Shown: piece by piece, positions 14,620 to 28,745 of the stretch
How positions within the stretch are numbered: position 1 is the first letter of the stretch
Layout of the letters: each line of letters begins with the position of its first letter
DNA from: the human T2T-CHM13v2.0 reference genome, Homo sapiens
Direction: 5' to 3' (one strand)
Length of the DNA stretch: 64,000 nucleotides
Assembly (NCBI RefSeq): GCF_009914755.1
Contig: NC_060929.1
Made by a program: the position numbers and the translations under genes
Notes under the pieces: generated by a model
Told to the model about the DNA's origin: nothing
Databases searched by the model: none
What the model saw: the letters and a program-made list of their open reading frames with translations, nothing else

Positions 14620-15130
14620 CATATATACATATATGCAGTACAAAATATAAACTTAGAAGTAAGGCTTCTCTTACCCTTGTCTCCTAGTCACCCAGCTTTC
14701 CTCATGAGAGGCCACTAGAGACTTCCCGCGTAACTTTTCAAAAATACTACATTCACTTATACACATCCATTTAGAGAAATATATATGTATGTATCAAATG
14801 CCACAAAAGTATATACATTGTCCTGCACTTGATTTTTTTTCACCTAATAATACATCCTGGAGAATGTCCCATGAAGCTAGTACATTTGTTGTTGGCATTT
14901 TTTTAAGAGCTGCATAAGAATACAGTCTACAGATGTATATTTCCCCAAACTTATTACTATTATAATCATGTAACAGTAATAGTTTTGTATACATGACATT
15001 TTATAAAGGTGTGTGACCAAAGGATAAATACCTAGAGACAAAATTGCTTTGTAAAGGCATTGACAAATTGCTCTCTACTAATTTTCTCTCCAACCAACTT
15101 ATAATGCATGTGGTGAGTATTTCCTTGACA
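14620..15130 (-). mobile_element. Old L1 (L1ME-like) 3' fragment
   Basis: Degenerate motifs TTTTTTCACCTAATAATACATCCTGGAGA and TTTTTAAGAGCTGCATA typical of antisense L1M 3' ends. Confidence 0.55.
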
Positions 15131-15169
15131 TGCCCTGTGATACCCAAGTGAAGAATATGACATTATTAA

Positions 15170-15395
15170 TGGCAAACACTTACATGGTACTTAGTCTGTG
15201 CCAGGCACTGGTCTATGTGCTTTACATATATTATCTCAAATAAGACTCACAACAACCTTGCGAGGGAGGCCCTTTCATCATCTCTAATTTGCAGATGAGA
15301 TAAAACATTTTGCCTTAGGTCACCCAGCTGGTAAATAGCAAATGACATCTGAGCCCAGCCTGTCTGGCTCCAGGAGTCAGCTCTTGTAACCATGA
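15170..15395 (-). mobile_element. MIR SINE
   Basis: TGTGCCAGGCACTG..TGCTTTACATATATTATCTCA..CTCACAACAACC..GCAGATGAG. Confidence 0.85.
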
Positions 15396-15499
15396 CCCTA
15401 AATTGTGCTAATTATGACACTTTTTCATAGTTATTCTGTATGAGATAAAATAAGAATATCTCAAGAAATACATGTTCTACAGTTGAATAGGGAGGACTG

Positions 15500-16350
15500 T
15501 AACCCTCCTTGTTGCAGTCTTTTACACTGACCTGAGTCCCTCCCCATCACTTCTGGAAGAATTGAGCTCCTGGTTCACTAGCATATTCTCTAATGTCAGT
15601 GTGGTCATAATTTAGGGGGATATCGATGTGCATGTAGATGAAGCTTTTATTACCTTGGCCTCTCAGTCTCAATGACCTTACCCTCTACTGTACCTCAGGT
15701 CTCTTTTCCTGTCATTATAAATGACATCTAGATCTTGTCATCATCAATGACTGCATGTCTTTTATAATGTGCATTTTAAGCTTCCTGCCCTCAGACCAAT
15801 AGTTCCTATTTTTCTCAGTCACTCCCTCTAACGTCCTTACTCTACCAGACCTTTCACCCAGTGAGGTCTTCATTCTATTGATTCTATCATATTTTTCATT
15901 GTCTACCTCCACATTGATGCCCTCATTTTCCCCCTTATGCAGCAGCTTAGGTTTCACAGTCCATTGCCACAATCATTCTTAACCAGACTCTTAACATAGC
16001 CTTTTAATAAGTCTATTTGCTCTCTTGCCCCCTTTCAATGTATTCTCTAAACAGCAGGTGACTCTATTAAAATGTAAGTGAGATTAAGTAACTTGTCAAC
16101 TTAAATTCCTCCAATATCCTCCCATTTTACTCAGAAAAAGGCAAAGTACTTTAAATGGCTTACAAGGTGCATCTCTTGCTTTATTTCATACAATTCTCCC
16201 ACTTCCTTACCCAGCATAAGCCACACTGGCTTCCCTTTGGTTTCTCTGACTCTCCTGACTAGCTTCTGCCCTGAAGCCTTTGTATTTGTTTTGTGCCTTT
16301 GCCCAGTACATCCTTCCTCCAGATATCCACATGGCACCCTCTATCACTTC
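15500..16350 (+). mobile_element. L2 LINE fragment
   Basis: Pyrimidine-rich L2 motifs (CTAGATCTTGTCATCATCAAT, AAAATGTAAGTGAGAT, GCCACACTGGCTTCC). Confidence 0.65.
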
Positions 16351-17292
16351 CACAATCCCAAGCAAGGTAGCATTGCAAGTATGATAATTTCAGTGGCAGA
16401 AGTCAGATGTGCAAATATTTACTTTATTAATTTTTGCTACTGAGTTCAACATCGTACATTTCCTTTCATAAACTGAACATTTAATCAGGCTTGAATCACT
16501 TATTGTTAAAACTTTTTGTTAAGTTAGGAAGCTTTCTAACTTAACAAAAAACGCTCTTTCTCATACTCTTTTCCTCATAACTAATATAAATTGAAGATAA
16601 GAGCTTAGAGACCTAACATAGGAATGGGGATGGATTTGTCCCAGAGCGATAGGTTCTGTAGAGATCGATTTTTGCTTGAAATGTATACTTCCTATTTAGC
16701 TGTTTGCAATTTGTTTGTAACAACAAAGAACTGGAAATAGCTTTGATATCTACAAGTAGAAGATGATGCCCGGCATATTTATATGATAAAAGGCTATATA
16801 GCCATTAAAAAATCAGTGAAAAATATCTGAAAATGTTGACATGGAAAGATTGTCAAACTAAGTGAGAAAGAATTATAAATGAGAAAAAGATATAGAGCAG
16901 TGTATACGAAGTGATTTCTATATATTTTATTTACATATAGCTAAATGATAGTCTAGTTAATATGACATAAATAAATAAATAATATTTCTTTTAATTATGC
17001 ATGAGAAACCACAAAAAGTTTACTTTGGGGAAAGAGTGTTTAAGGAGACTTAGTTTTTATTCTATTTTTTTTACAGCTTTATTTTAAAATCATGCACATA
17101 TTTTAAATTTTTATTTAAAGTTTAAGTTATACTAAAATATTAAACTGCATTATGTTGTATGAACTTATTTGTTATTCAGTAGAGAGCATATCACTTTCAG
17201 ACTCTTACTGAGAATGTAGTACTATGCCAGGTGCTGAGAAGGCCATAAAAGAAGAAGAATCATTGTTGTAAGGAAATTTAAAATATGATAGA

Positions 17293-17667
17293 TGACATAG
17301 ATTGGCTGTGTCCCCATCCAAATCTCATCTCTAATTTCAGTTCCCATAATCCCCACATGTCATGGGAGGGACCTGGTGGGAGGTCATTGAATCATGGAGG
17401 TGGTTACCTTAATGCTGTTCTCATGATAGTGAGTGAGTTCTCATAAGATCTGATGGTTTTACAACGGCCTTTTCTCCCTTTTGCTTGGCACTTCTCCTTC
17501 CTGCCACCACGTGAAGCAGGATGTGTTGCTTCCCCTTCTGCCATGATTGTAAGTTTCCTGAGTCCTCCTCAGCCATGCTGAAGTGTGAGTCAATTAAACT
17601 TCTTTCCTTTATAAATTACCCAGTCTTGGGTATGCCTTTATTAGCAGTGTGGGAACAGACTAATACA
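17293..17667 (+). mobile_element. THE1 solo LTR (MaLR)
   Basis: TGACATAGATTGGCTGTGTCCCCATCCAAATCTCATCT...GACTAATACA; TSD ATAGA/ATAGG. Confidence 0.93.
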
Positions 17668-18809
17668 ATAGGGAAAATATGATTCATAGAAACAACAGGA
17701 GAAGAGCAAGAAATGCATATCATTCAAGCCAATGTCCATGAAGTGGATGATAGATATCATATGAATTGAGACAAAGAGAACCTTGGTTGGCAAGTGCCAT
17801 CAGGTAAAGGTGATGTAACCTGAATTTGGTGTTGAAAGAAATGTAGGAATTATACTAAAATAAAGAAATGGAGAAGATAATCCAAGTAGAAGTAACATGT
17901 ATCAGAAAGCTTTAATAAGGCCACAGGTAAGAAACCAGTAAGCTGAAATGTTGTAGAAAGGTAGATTGGCACCAGCATGAAGATTGATAGAAATGGATAG
18001 AGAGTGGGGAGGAAACAAGTTTGAAGACAGAAATAGAAATGAAAGCCCGAGTATTTCAGTCTGAAATGGAAGAAAATAATTTGCATATAGAGAAAAAGAT
18101 GAATCCAAAATGTGATGAAAAAGAAAAAAACCCTCTCATATAGAGCCTGATTAAATATTAGCACTGTAAAATGATTTTCAGCAAATAAATATTTCCAAAA
18201 AATTTTCCATTGCTCTTTGGGCACATATTGATATAATACATATTGATATACTATCATGTCTGTACAAGTAAGAGCTGAAGAATAGAAAAACAGTTTTATG
18301 AAGGGTTTAGCAATACAATTAGAGATAGAGGTGGATGCAAGTAACTATAAGTCTGTTAACAAAATTGAATATAAATTCCAATCTTATTCTCAAAAAAGCA
18401 GGAAAACAAAATAAAACATACTAAGAATAAACGATGGCAAAATTTAGATGTAACAGAAAATATTGATAACCTGGGCAGATGGAATGAGAAAAAAATACAC
18501 TGCTAACTCATTGTCTCTATGAGGAAGGAAATGAATGGTTCTATGGGACTCTTAATGTAATGCTTCAACCTTGACTCCAGACATGGGGAAATAAAGTGTT
18601 GTCTTCCTAGCTACTTCCCCTGATTTGGCCCTACCCTCCAGGATGAGGTTAATAGAAGGGAGTAGAATCCAAGATCTGGTCTGACAAGGGCAGGGAGTAG
18701 AATTCAAGGTCTAGAATGATTACATTGCCATGAACTGTTACACAGAGTACCAGAAGACTGAACGTCTGCGTTTGGTCAAAGAACATTTCCTAATAGATAG
18801 GGGTTCCTT

Positions 18810-19446
18810 GCTTTTACACTGTTGGTGGGAGTGTAAATTAGTTCAACCATTGTGGAAGACAGTCTGGCGATTCCTCAAGGATGTAGAACTAGAAATACCA
18901 TTTGACCCAGTGATCCCATTACTGGGTATATACCCAAAGGATTATAAATCATGCTACTATAAAGATACATGCACACGTATGTTTATTCCGGAACTATTCA
19001 CAATAGCAAAGACTTGGAACCAACCCAAATGTCCATCAATGATAGACTGGATTAAGAAAATGTGGCACATATACACCATGGAATACTATGCAGCCATGAA
19101 AAAGGATGAGTTCATGTCCTTTGCAGGGACATGGATGAAGCTGGAAACCATCATTCTGAGCAAACTATCACAAGGACAGAAAACCAAACACCTCATGTTC
19201 TCACTCATAGCTGGGAGTTGAATAGTGAGAAGACATGGACAAAGCACAGGGAACATCACACACTGGGGCCTTTCGTGGGCTGGGAGGCTGGGGAAGGGAT
19301 AGCATTAGGATAAATACCTAATGTAAATGACGAGTTGATGGGTGCAGCAAACCAACATGGCACATGTATACCTATGTAAAAAACCTGCATGTTGTGCACA
19401 TGTACCCTAGAACTTAAAGTATAATAAAAAATAAAAATAACAAAAA

Positions 19447-19475
<29 letters not shown>
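18810..19475 (+). mobile_element. 5'-truncated L1PA (ORF2 C-terminus, 3'UTR, poly-A)
   Basis: Translation LLHCWWECKLVQPLWKTVWRFLKD...KKMWHIYTMEYYAA is the L1 ORF2p C-terminus; G-rich 3'UTR and (AAAT)n tail; TSD-like ATAGGGGTTCC / ATAAGGGTTCC. Confidence 0.97.
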
Positions 19476-19477
<2 letters not shown>

Positions 19478-19787
19478 AAGGGTTCCATTAATCAGCAGTG
19501 CCATAGTAACTAGATGAGACAACTTGGATGCAAAACTACAACTCCATGATTTATTACTTAGCATCTACGCCAATCTCAGTCAGCAGGAGTAGCAATAAGT
19601 CTGTGATACCCAGAAGGTCTTTCTTATGCTTCATTTTATGAGTGTCACATTCTTCTCCTACATTGACCCCTATCTTAATCTCCATTAAAAATCATTTCCA
19701 AACGACTTCTAGACTCTCCGTTAGTGTGGCACTCCAAGTACATGCGGCTCCTCCCTTAATTATTGTTTACTTCATTTGCATCTGCGA

Positions 19788-20089
<302 letters not shown>

Positions 20090-20214
20090 TGCATCTGGTT
20101 TTTCTTTTGAACATTTATTTTAATACGATAAGGTTCTTTTGTCAGATCAATGCAATAAGTCAGAACTTTTAGTGCTGCCTGGTCTGGTTTCTAATATGTT
20201 CTGGCCTGCCCTTT

Positions 20215-21191
20215 TGTGGTAGACTGAATAAGAGCTCTGAAAATGTCTACACCCTAATCTCTGGAATCCATACATTTGTATTAGGTGGAAAAGGTACTGT
20301 CCAGATGTGATTCAGGTGTACACCTTGAGATGAAGAGATTATCTTGGTTTATCCATTTGAGCCTAATCTAGTCACATGAGCCTTTAAAAGAGGGGTAACT
20401 TCCAGCTGCAGTCAGTTACAGAGAAGTGCAGTGTGAGAACAAATCATTACTGATTTGAAGACAGAGGAAGAAGACTATGAGTCAAGGAAAGGGGGTGAAA
20501 TCCAGATGCTGAGAACAGCTCTCAGCTGACAGTCAGCAAGGAAACAGGACCTCAGTTGTACAATTACAAGAAGTGAATTCTGTCAACAGCCTAACTGAGC
20601 AAGGAAGCAGATTCTTCCCCAGAACATGGCACTCCAAAATATGCCACTTTGGCATAAGGATGATTTTGAGTTGAAGGCTTTTAAGATTTAACAGATGCAG
20701 AAAGAAGGCTTCCTTTATCTGACCAAAACAGAACTTTTGAGAAATGAGGGCTGTTGTAAACTCTCTCTCCAGAGGAAGTTTTGTGTCCGTGAAGAAAGCG
20801 GAAAGTTGGCACCAAGATGACCTTTACAGACAAGCCTCACTCTATTTGTTTCCCCCTTCTATTTACCCTCCGACAGTTTGCCACCTTGGAAGCCTGAAGC
20901 CTTTTGTTTTGTCACTTCTCTACAAATGTATTGTTCTTTGTTAAAATTGTTTATGTAAGCCCAAGTTCTAACCACTCCTTTGAGTTGCTCACCTCTAAGT
21001 TTCTCCCAGGTGTATTCCGGGTGCATGTGTTAATAACTGAGTTCTGCTTGCTTTTCTCTTGTTAATCCATTTTCCTGTCAATTTTATTCACAGGACTTCT
21101 CACCTACAGAAACTGTAAGATTATAAATTTGTGCTGTATTAAGCCAATACAATTATGGCTATTTTTACAGCAACAATAGAAAATGAATATA
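20215..21191 (+). mobile_element. MLT1 (D/E-like) LTR, interrupted at ~20620-21092
   Basis: TGTGGTAGACTGAATAA...GAGATTATCTTGG...CTGACAGTCAGCAAGGAAAC; resumes GACTTCTCACCTACAGAAACTGTAAGA...CAGCAACAATAGAAAATGAATATA. Confidence 0.85.
20620..21092 (+). mobile_element. ERV1-class LTR fragment (MER34/MER39-like) nested in MLT1
   Basis: CCAAAATATGCCACTTTGGCATAAGGATGATTTTGAGTTGAAGGC and TTTTCTCTTGTTAATC motifs. Confidence 0.7.
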
Positions 21192-21399
21192 CCTTCCTTG
21201 TGTGGTTAAGAGAATGCAAGTTATTCCCTGGGTTTTACTTTTCTCTTTTCTTATTTTATTTTTCGTTTCTACTCAGGATGAAATGGATAGATACAATTCT
21301 TCATTTCATAATCTTTCAGTTGCTTCTGGCCAATTCTGATGTTTATCTATGGGTAGTATAAATAGATTATCTTTCTGATAAATGCATCTCACTCAACAT

Positions 21400-22859
<1,460 letters not shown>

Positions 22860-25800
22860 TGATAATGCAATTCTTATTTAAAAATTACCCTTATGAAAGT
22901 TCTTCTGACCCCTCCACAAAACTACATTTGTTCTACTCTACCATGAGTCTGATGCCATTCTAAGAAAGGGACAGGAGAAATTTATATGTAGGTACCGTAG
23001 ATGGTTGCCAACCGTGATTAGTTCTAGGCAGCAATGGGCAGACTTCTGTGATAGAAATGTGTACCCCAATGATACACAACATGCCACCATAAGAAACACA
23101 GTTCTTTAAAAGTTCAGCTGCCTTTTAAAGATATGAACCATTAAGACTATTATACCTAGATGAGTTTATTGGGTTGCTTTACTCCACAATGAAAAGAGAA
23201 ATGAAGGAAAATGGACCATTAATGTGGTTTTGGTTTGCAAACACTTCAAATATCTTGTCCCCTCTTCTTTCTCCAGCATCACTATCGTAATCAGTTCTTC
23301 CCAAGCTTCTACCACATTTGCACAGGTGTAATCTGATGATACCTTGGTTTGGCTGGCTACACACACTTCTAGCCTCTGTTATAGATTTCTTTAATGTGGA
23401 GGTATGGGATGGCCACTGAGACTCACTTTTTACTTACACATTTGTATCCTAGAAGTGTGGGAACATTAGTGCACAAGGATTATCCTCTGCCAAAAAAGGA
23501 GGAGAACATTTGGCCAATTGCTTCCCCTCTCATCCCAACAGCGGAAGGCAACTCAGTAACAAGCTCTTGACTTGGCTTTCACTCCTTCAAGGTTTCAGCT
23601 GCCCTGCTACTCATTCCTTCTACCTGGATCACTTCCTCCAATTAGTGTTTAGCTTTTTCTATGGATGTTAAAAATCACTGACCAGTAAAAATTAAAGGAA
23701 TTAAATTCCTCATGAAGAATTCTACCTACTTTAGGGGTAGAGAGAATGGGTCAAAGAATGGAAAGAAGAATATTTTTCAGCCATTTCACTTCATTTTGCT
23801 TTCACTTGTTTAGTATTAAGTAACAAGACTAATTTGACAATCCCTTCTCACACCCATAAACTCTCACATCCAGGAGAGTTAGAAAATATTCCCCTTCAAT
23901 TTTTAAGAATGAATCCTGTCTGATGCTGCCAATGTGCATGAACTATAGTCTTTAAATATGTATCAATTTTTTGAAGCCATAGGTTTAGAATAAAAGGTTA
24001 AAGAAACACATTTCAGGAAAGTCAGGGATACAATGACAGAACGTTTGCATGAAAGCCCTTTGGCATTCTTTCAAAAATTTTAAAACTTATTATTCAGCAA
24101 GAGAAAGACTGGTTAATACCCTCTGTGATTTCAGAGAAATTAACACTTCAGCAGATGTCAAAGATGTTTTTTTCTTTAAATGAAGACCTTGCTCCAATTC
24201 AAGCTTTGGAGCAAATTTTCTACAGGCATACCCAAAAGCATTTATGGACTATAATGAAGGTCTATTGTAGGAAATGTCTAAATTATCCAGTTTGGGGAAA
24301 AAAGAAAGAGCAAACATTAAAAGCAATGGGGATGAAATAGATGAAAGCCTGTGGTTTACATTATTGTTCACTATTTTTTTCCACTCCTCAGATTAGAACT
24401 TTCTTTGCAGCATGCCATAAATACATATTTCTGTTTTATAACAATATGTGTTATTGTACCACAGGTGACCAAATGGGATTTTTTTTGGTTTTGTTTTTGT
24501 TTTTCCTATTGACTGCTAGCTGTCTGTCTTGCCAATAGTGTTAGAAATGAACAAAGATGTAGACCTCAAACTTAGGTTATCAATCCTGGGGACAGTAATC
24601 TGCTCAGAATTTAGGGCTCTGAGGTTGGTCTGCGTCTGTCCAATTATAATGTCAATCCTGAGGGAGAAGAACTAGAACACAAGGAGGAAGAGTAAGCACC
24701 AAGCTGGAGACAGATTCAGGCAGTCAGAAACAGTGGTGTGCTCTGACCTTGAGTGATATTTTAGATTACTGCTTCACTCTTCCTTTCCTTGAATGTGAAG
24801 AGACACTGTAATTGTGTAGCATAAATTTTCAAGTCTCCATTTAGGCTATAGGGAAAAGTGTAAGAATTCCAATTAGATTTTACGTTTATCTTCACCCTTT
24901 TTAGTTCCCTGCTGTGAGTCAAGGGAATTATATATGAGCACTAGTTAATTGTCTAGGGGTTAGAGATATCTATTATTAAGCACCAATGAGTCCAGAAGTA
25001 CAACCTATTTCAGAATCCATACTCTATTCTAATTTTCCTTTGGGTCAGGGAAGAGCAAAGCAATGGCATGAATTTAAATTCTTGTTCCACAAGAGAAAAC
25101 AATGTCCAAGAACCAAACTGTTTTTCAAAAATAATCAGCTCTCCAGTTGGCTGGGTTCCATTATGGATTTACTCTTAATGCAGAAGCTGCAGAGGTAAAA
25201 AGTGTTAAACACTTCTTAGAACAGAGGCAGCAGATTACTCTGTAGTCTATTGAGCCACAAGAGAAGTGCATGCATATGCATCTTTTTTTATTACTAGAGA
25301 GCATTCTATGGGAAGGATCTGGTGGCACTTCCTAAATTCCCTACAGTCTGCAACTCTGAGATTTCCTTTTTTTACAGTTTTACACTTGTAGACGAAAAGA
25401 TCTAAACAGCTTGACAGTTTCTTAGTTAATCTGATCATTTGGGGCAGCCAGATTAAATAATTCAGGTCCCGGTTGAAATACGATTGACCTGGATGACCTG
25501 GTTTGCCGGTTTGCAATTATCCAGTTGACCCAGATATTGCCAAATCTCCACTTCATGGCAGTTTTACAACACTTGGAACCACTGCTTTAAGTATCCGTCT
25601 CCTGAGACTTAAGCTGGCTCCTGCTGCTAATGAGATTAGTTACACACATGTTGCCTACTCGAAACCTCCTTCATTGCCAAAAAATCCAGCTTTAGAAGTA
25701 GATAAAAGACAATGAGATTGTTAGAGAATTAGGGTTCAATGCCATTTTGGAGGGTTAGCCAAGGTCATACTTTCATAGTGTAGGGGGAACAGGAATATCA

Positions 25801-28695
25801 TAGGAATTAGGGAAAACTGATAATTTCCATTTTCACTTCAGCATCACTGGGGGCTTGAGTTAGAGTAGCCACCAGATTAATGTGGCTTCTACAACTACTG
25901 AGGGCAAGCTTTCTGTAGGGTGCCCTTGGTGACTGGGTCTAAGTTTTCTCAGGAAATCCTGTTAGAATTTTCACTGGCAGAGTTGTGGAAAGATGACAAG
26001 GCTGCCTGAGAGCCCCACCTCCCTAGTATGTTCTGGTTGGCAAGACTGCCAACCAGAGTGGCTTTGAGCCCAGGCTGAGTGGCCAAAGCCACCCCAATTA
26101 TGCACAGTGTGCATTTAGCAAAGCCCTGGTTGGCAGGCATTTGGGGTCATGTAGACTTAATTTTCATTTTCAAAAACACCCCTGAAGCAAGCAGTGGGTA
26201 CCCCTAAAGAGGTTTGCTGCATATTTTGCCCCTCGTTCTATATTACCTCATGTAAATAAGAGGTAGTTTTCTCCATGGGTTTAGTTTCATGTAGAACACT
26301 AAACAGGGAATTACAGCTGTGGCACAAAATTGTAGTAAAAATCGAATCAGTGGGAGCAAGTCACAAAATGTGCTTTTACCCTGAGAATTTTCCTCATTGT
26401 CACCCTTATATTGCAAATTACCCAGTTACATATCGCATAAAGAGGTGTGTTTATAAAGTCAAATTTTATAAAGGTCAAATTTCTCACTCTAATTTATGCA
26501 TCAAAAGTGAATATGCAGTCATAAGTAATTTTAGTCTCATAACCAGAAAAAAAAAACACACACCTCTAGGTATATTTATCTAAAATATAACAAAAGATGC
26601 TTATATATGAAAAATAGTGAAACAACAGAAAAAAAGAAATTATCTTAAACTGCAGTCAAATAAACTTGTATTATATATTAGAAGCTTTCTAATTCTAACT
26701 CTGGAATGTTTTATGAAGAGAAACGATGCTATCTGGTTGTCAAAAGATTTTTTTTAGGTAAGATTTAATTAATTAATTAGAAAATTTTCAGAATGACTTA
26801 TTTATTTAGAAGCAGAGGTGAAACTAAATGATTTTTAGAAGCCCCTTGTGAACCTAGTCTTCTGTATTCAAATTTATTGATGATAAATTTGCCTTGTGTA
26901 CCTGGGAGGCATAAATATTAAAGAGGACACTAGACTCTCCCTACTCTACATTCACCCTTTCCTATTAAGAAAGCCCTTCCTGGAATCATTCAAGAGGACT
27001 CAGTAAAAAGTAGTTAACTTCAAAGTGATACCAGGAATTGGCAGTTTCAGCCCACATTGTAGTGGCGTGCTAGGGTATATGCATCCTTGATTTCATTATA
27101 ATTATCTGTTCTTTTTCTCCCCATCCCCCTTACCCCACCTGGTTTTATAGCAATTTCTCAACCCCCTGATAATTAGGGTGGTCAGTCTTCACGGGAGTTT
27201 GAATTTCAAAATCTTGAAAGGGTTCTTGGATTGTAAAACAAGACTAAGATGAATGTTATTTGCTGGAGAGGAGGGAATCTTAAGCACTGGAAGGTGTCAA
27301 AAGTCCAAAGCATTTTTAGGATTCCCATTAGGAAAGCTCTTGGGAGTGGGAATTGTCTAGTAAATATCACTCAGGTGAAAGGCTTTCGGGGAGTTGACCT
27401 AGGAGGTCACAGACAATTTTTTTTTTTTTTTTTCTGACTGGAATTTCTACCTTATCTCTCTGGTTCCCAACCTTGTCCCTGATGTTGGGTTGCTGTCTTT
27501 CTCTGGAATGTCAATAACTACCTCATTTTTTACCTTTTTTTAAATCTCTTTTTGTTTTCCTTAGGCCTCTGGAATTTGGGCCAACATGACACCAATTGCA
27601 TACTCTCATGGAGGCCCAGCAGCCTCCTGGACTTCATTTTCACCTTACTCTTCCTCAGTGACAATAGCAAAAAAGAAAGGAAATAAAAATATATTGAAAA
27701 CAAGGAAAATATGGGCCTAAAAGGTGTTGGAAGGAAAGGGACTAACATTAGATCAGAAGAAGGCACTATTATGTAAGTTTCAGCTAGAAATATGCAAGAA
27801 TATGCTAGAATACTCTGCAAAACACAGAAACTCACTTTCATTGGATTGTTATTTTATCAAAATCAGACAGATGAGACTGTCAGAAACACTGCATCCACCT
27901 AGTAATTGTATCTGCCATCTGTACTGTGATCCTTAGCAACCAATTGTTATTCCAAGCATAAGGCTATATGAAATGCCCAGAGTATCTCCAGATTCTACAG
28001 ATATTTTAAAAAGATACAGTTTTCATTCTGGCTGCCAAATAAATAAGCAAACAGAATTATATCATAAAAACATGGTCAAAATCAAGCAAAAATTGTTTCA
28101 TTAACTTACTTGAACTGTCATTTCTCTCAGTGTTTTAAACACTGGTATCCAATATGTTCTATTTACTCTTTTACAATTGGATGGTCTCTGGTCTTAGTCC
28201 CATAAGTATGTGGGAATAGTGCCAATCCCCAGGAATGGCACCTGGGCCCAAGGAATATCCGTATGCACGCATGCTTCTATAGGGATGGAGGTGTAGTGTT
28301 AGCTACGTACACTTGAAGTATGTCTAACTGTCTTTTCCAGGTTGCTCTCCGGGGCCAGCTCCCAGCAAAGACATAAAGCAAGTGAATTGTGCTTTTGGTG
28401 CTCTAAGCTTTGCCATTTTTATTCCCCATTCTTTAGTATTCACTACCCTCAGCTTTATTAACTTTGTCAAAATTTAGTCTCAGGAAAAGGTCTCCTGGAA
28501 ATATTTTTAAGTCTTAGTATGAAATTTGAAATGTCACTCCTTCTAGGGTGATTTGTTTTTATTTTTAATGCTAACTATAGAGTAAAATTCTGTATCACTT
28601 TTAAGGAATTCCACACATCCTTGGGTAGGTGAGAAAGAGATTCTGGAGGGAGATCAAAGAAAGCCCTCTCAGGACACTAAACACTCCTTGAGTTC

Positions 28696-28696
28696 A

Positions 28697-28741
<45 letters not shown>

Positions 28742-28745
28742 ACAC
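28696..28745. repeat. (CA)n microsatellite
   Basis: About 25 CA units with two TA interruptions. Confidence 0.97.

Noticed and set aside
17850-18257. 135-aa hydrophobic ORF
   Set aside because: An artefact of the T-rich strand of A-rich sequence (F/L/I bias).
18730-19221. 163-aa ORF
   Set aside because: It is the C-terminus of L1 ORF2p from a 5'-truncated L1PA, read in from flanking sequence, not a gene.
28324-28385. CTAAC...TCTTTTCCAG acceptor-like signal
   Set aside because: The branch motif is very close to the AG, there is no convincing GT donor nearby, and the signal is isolated.
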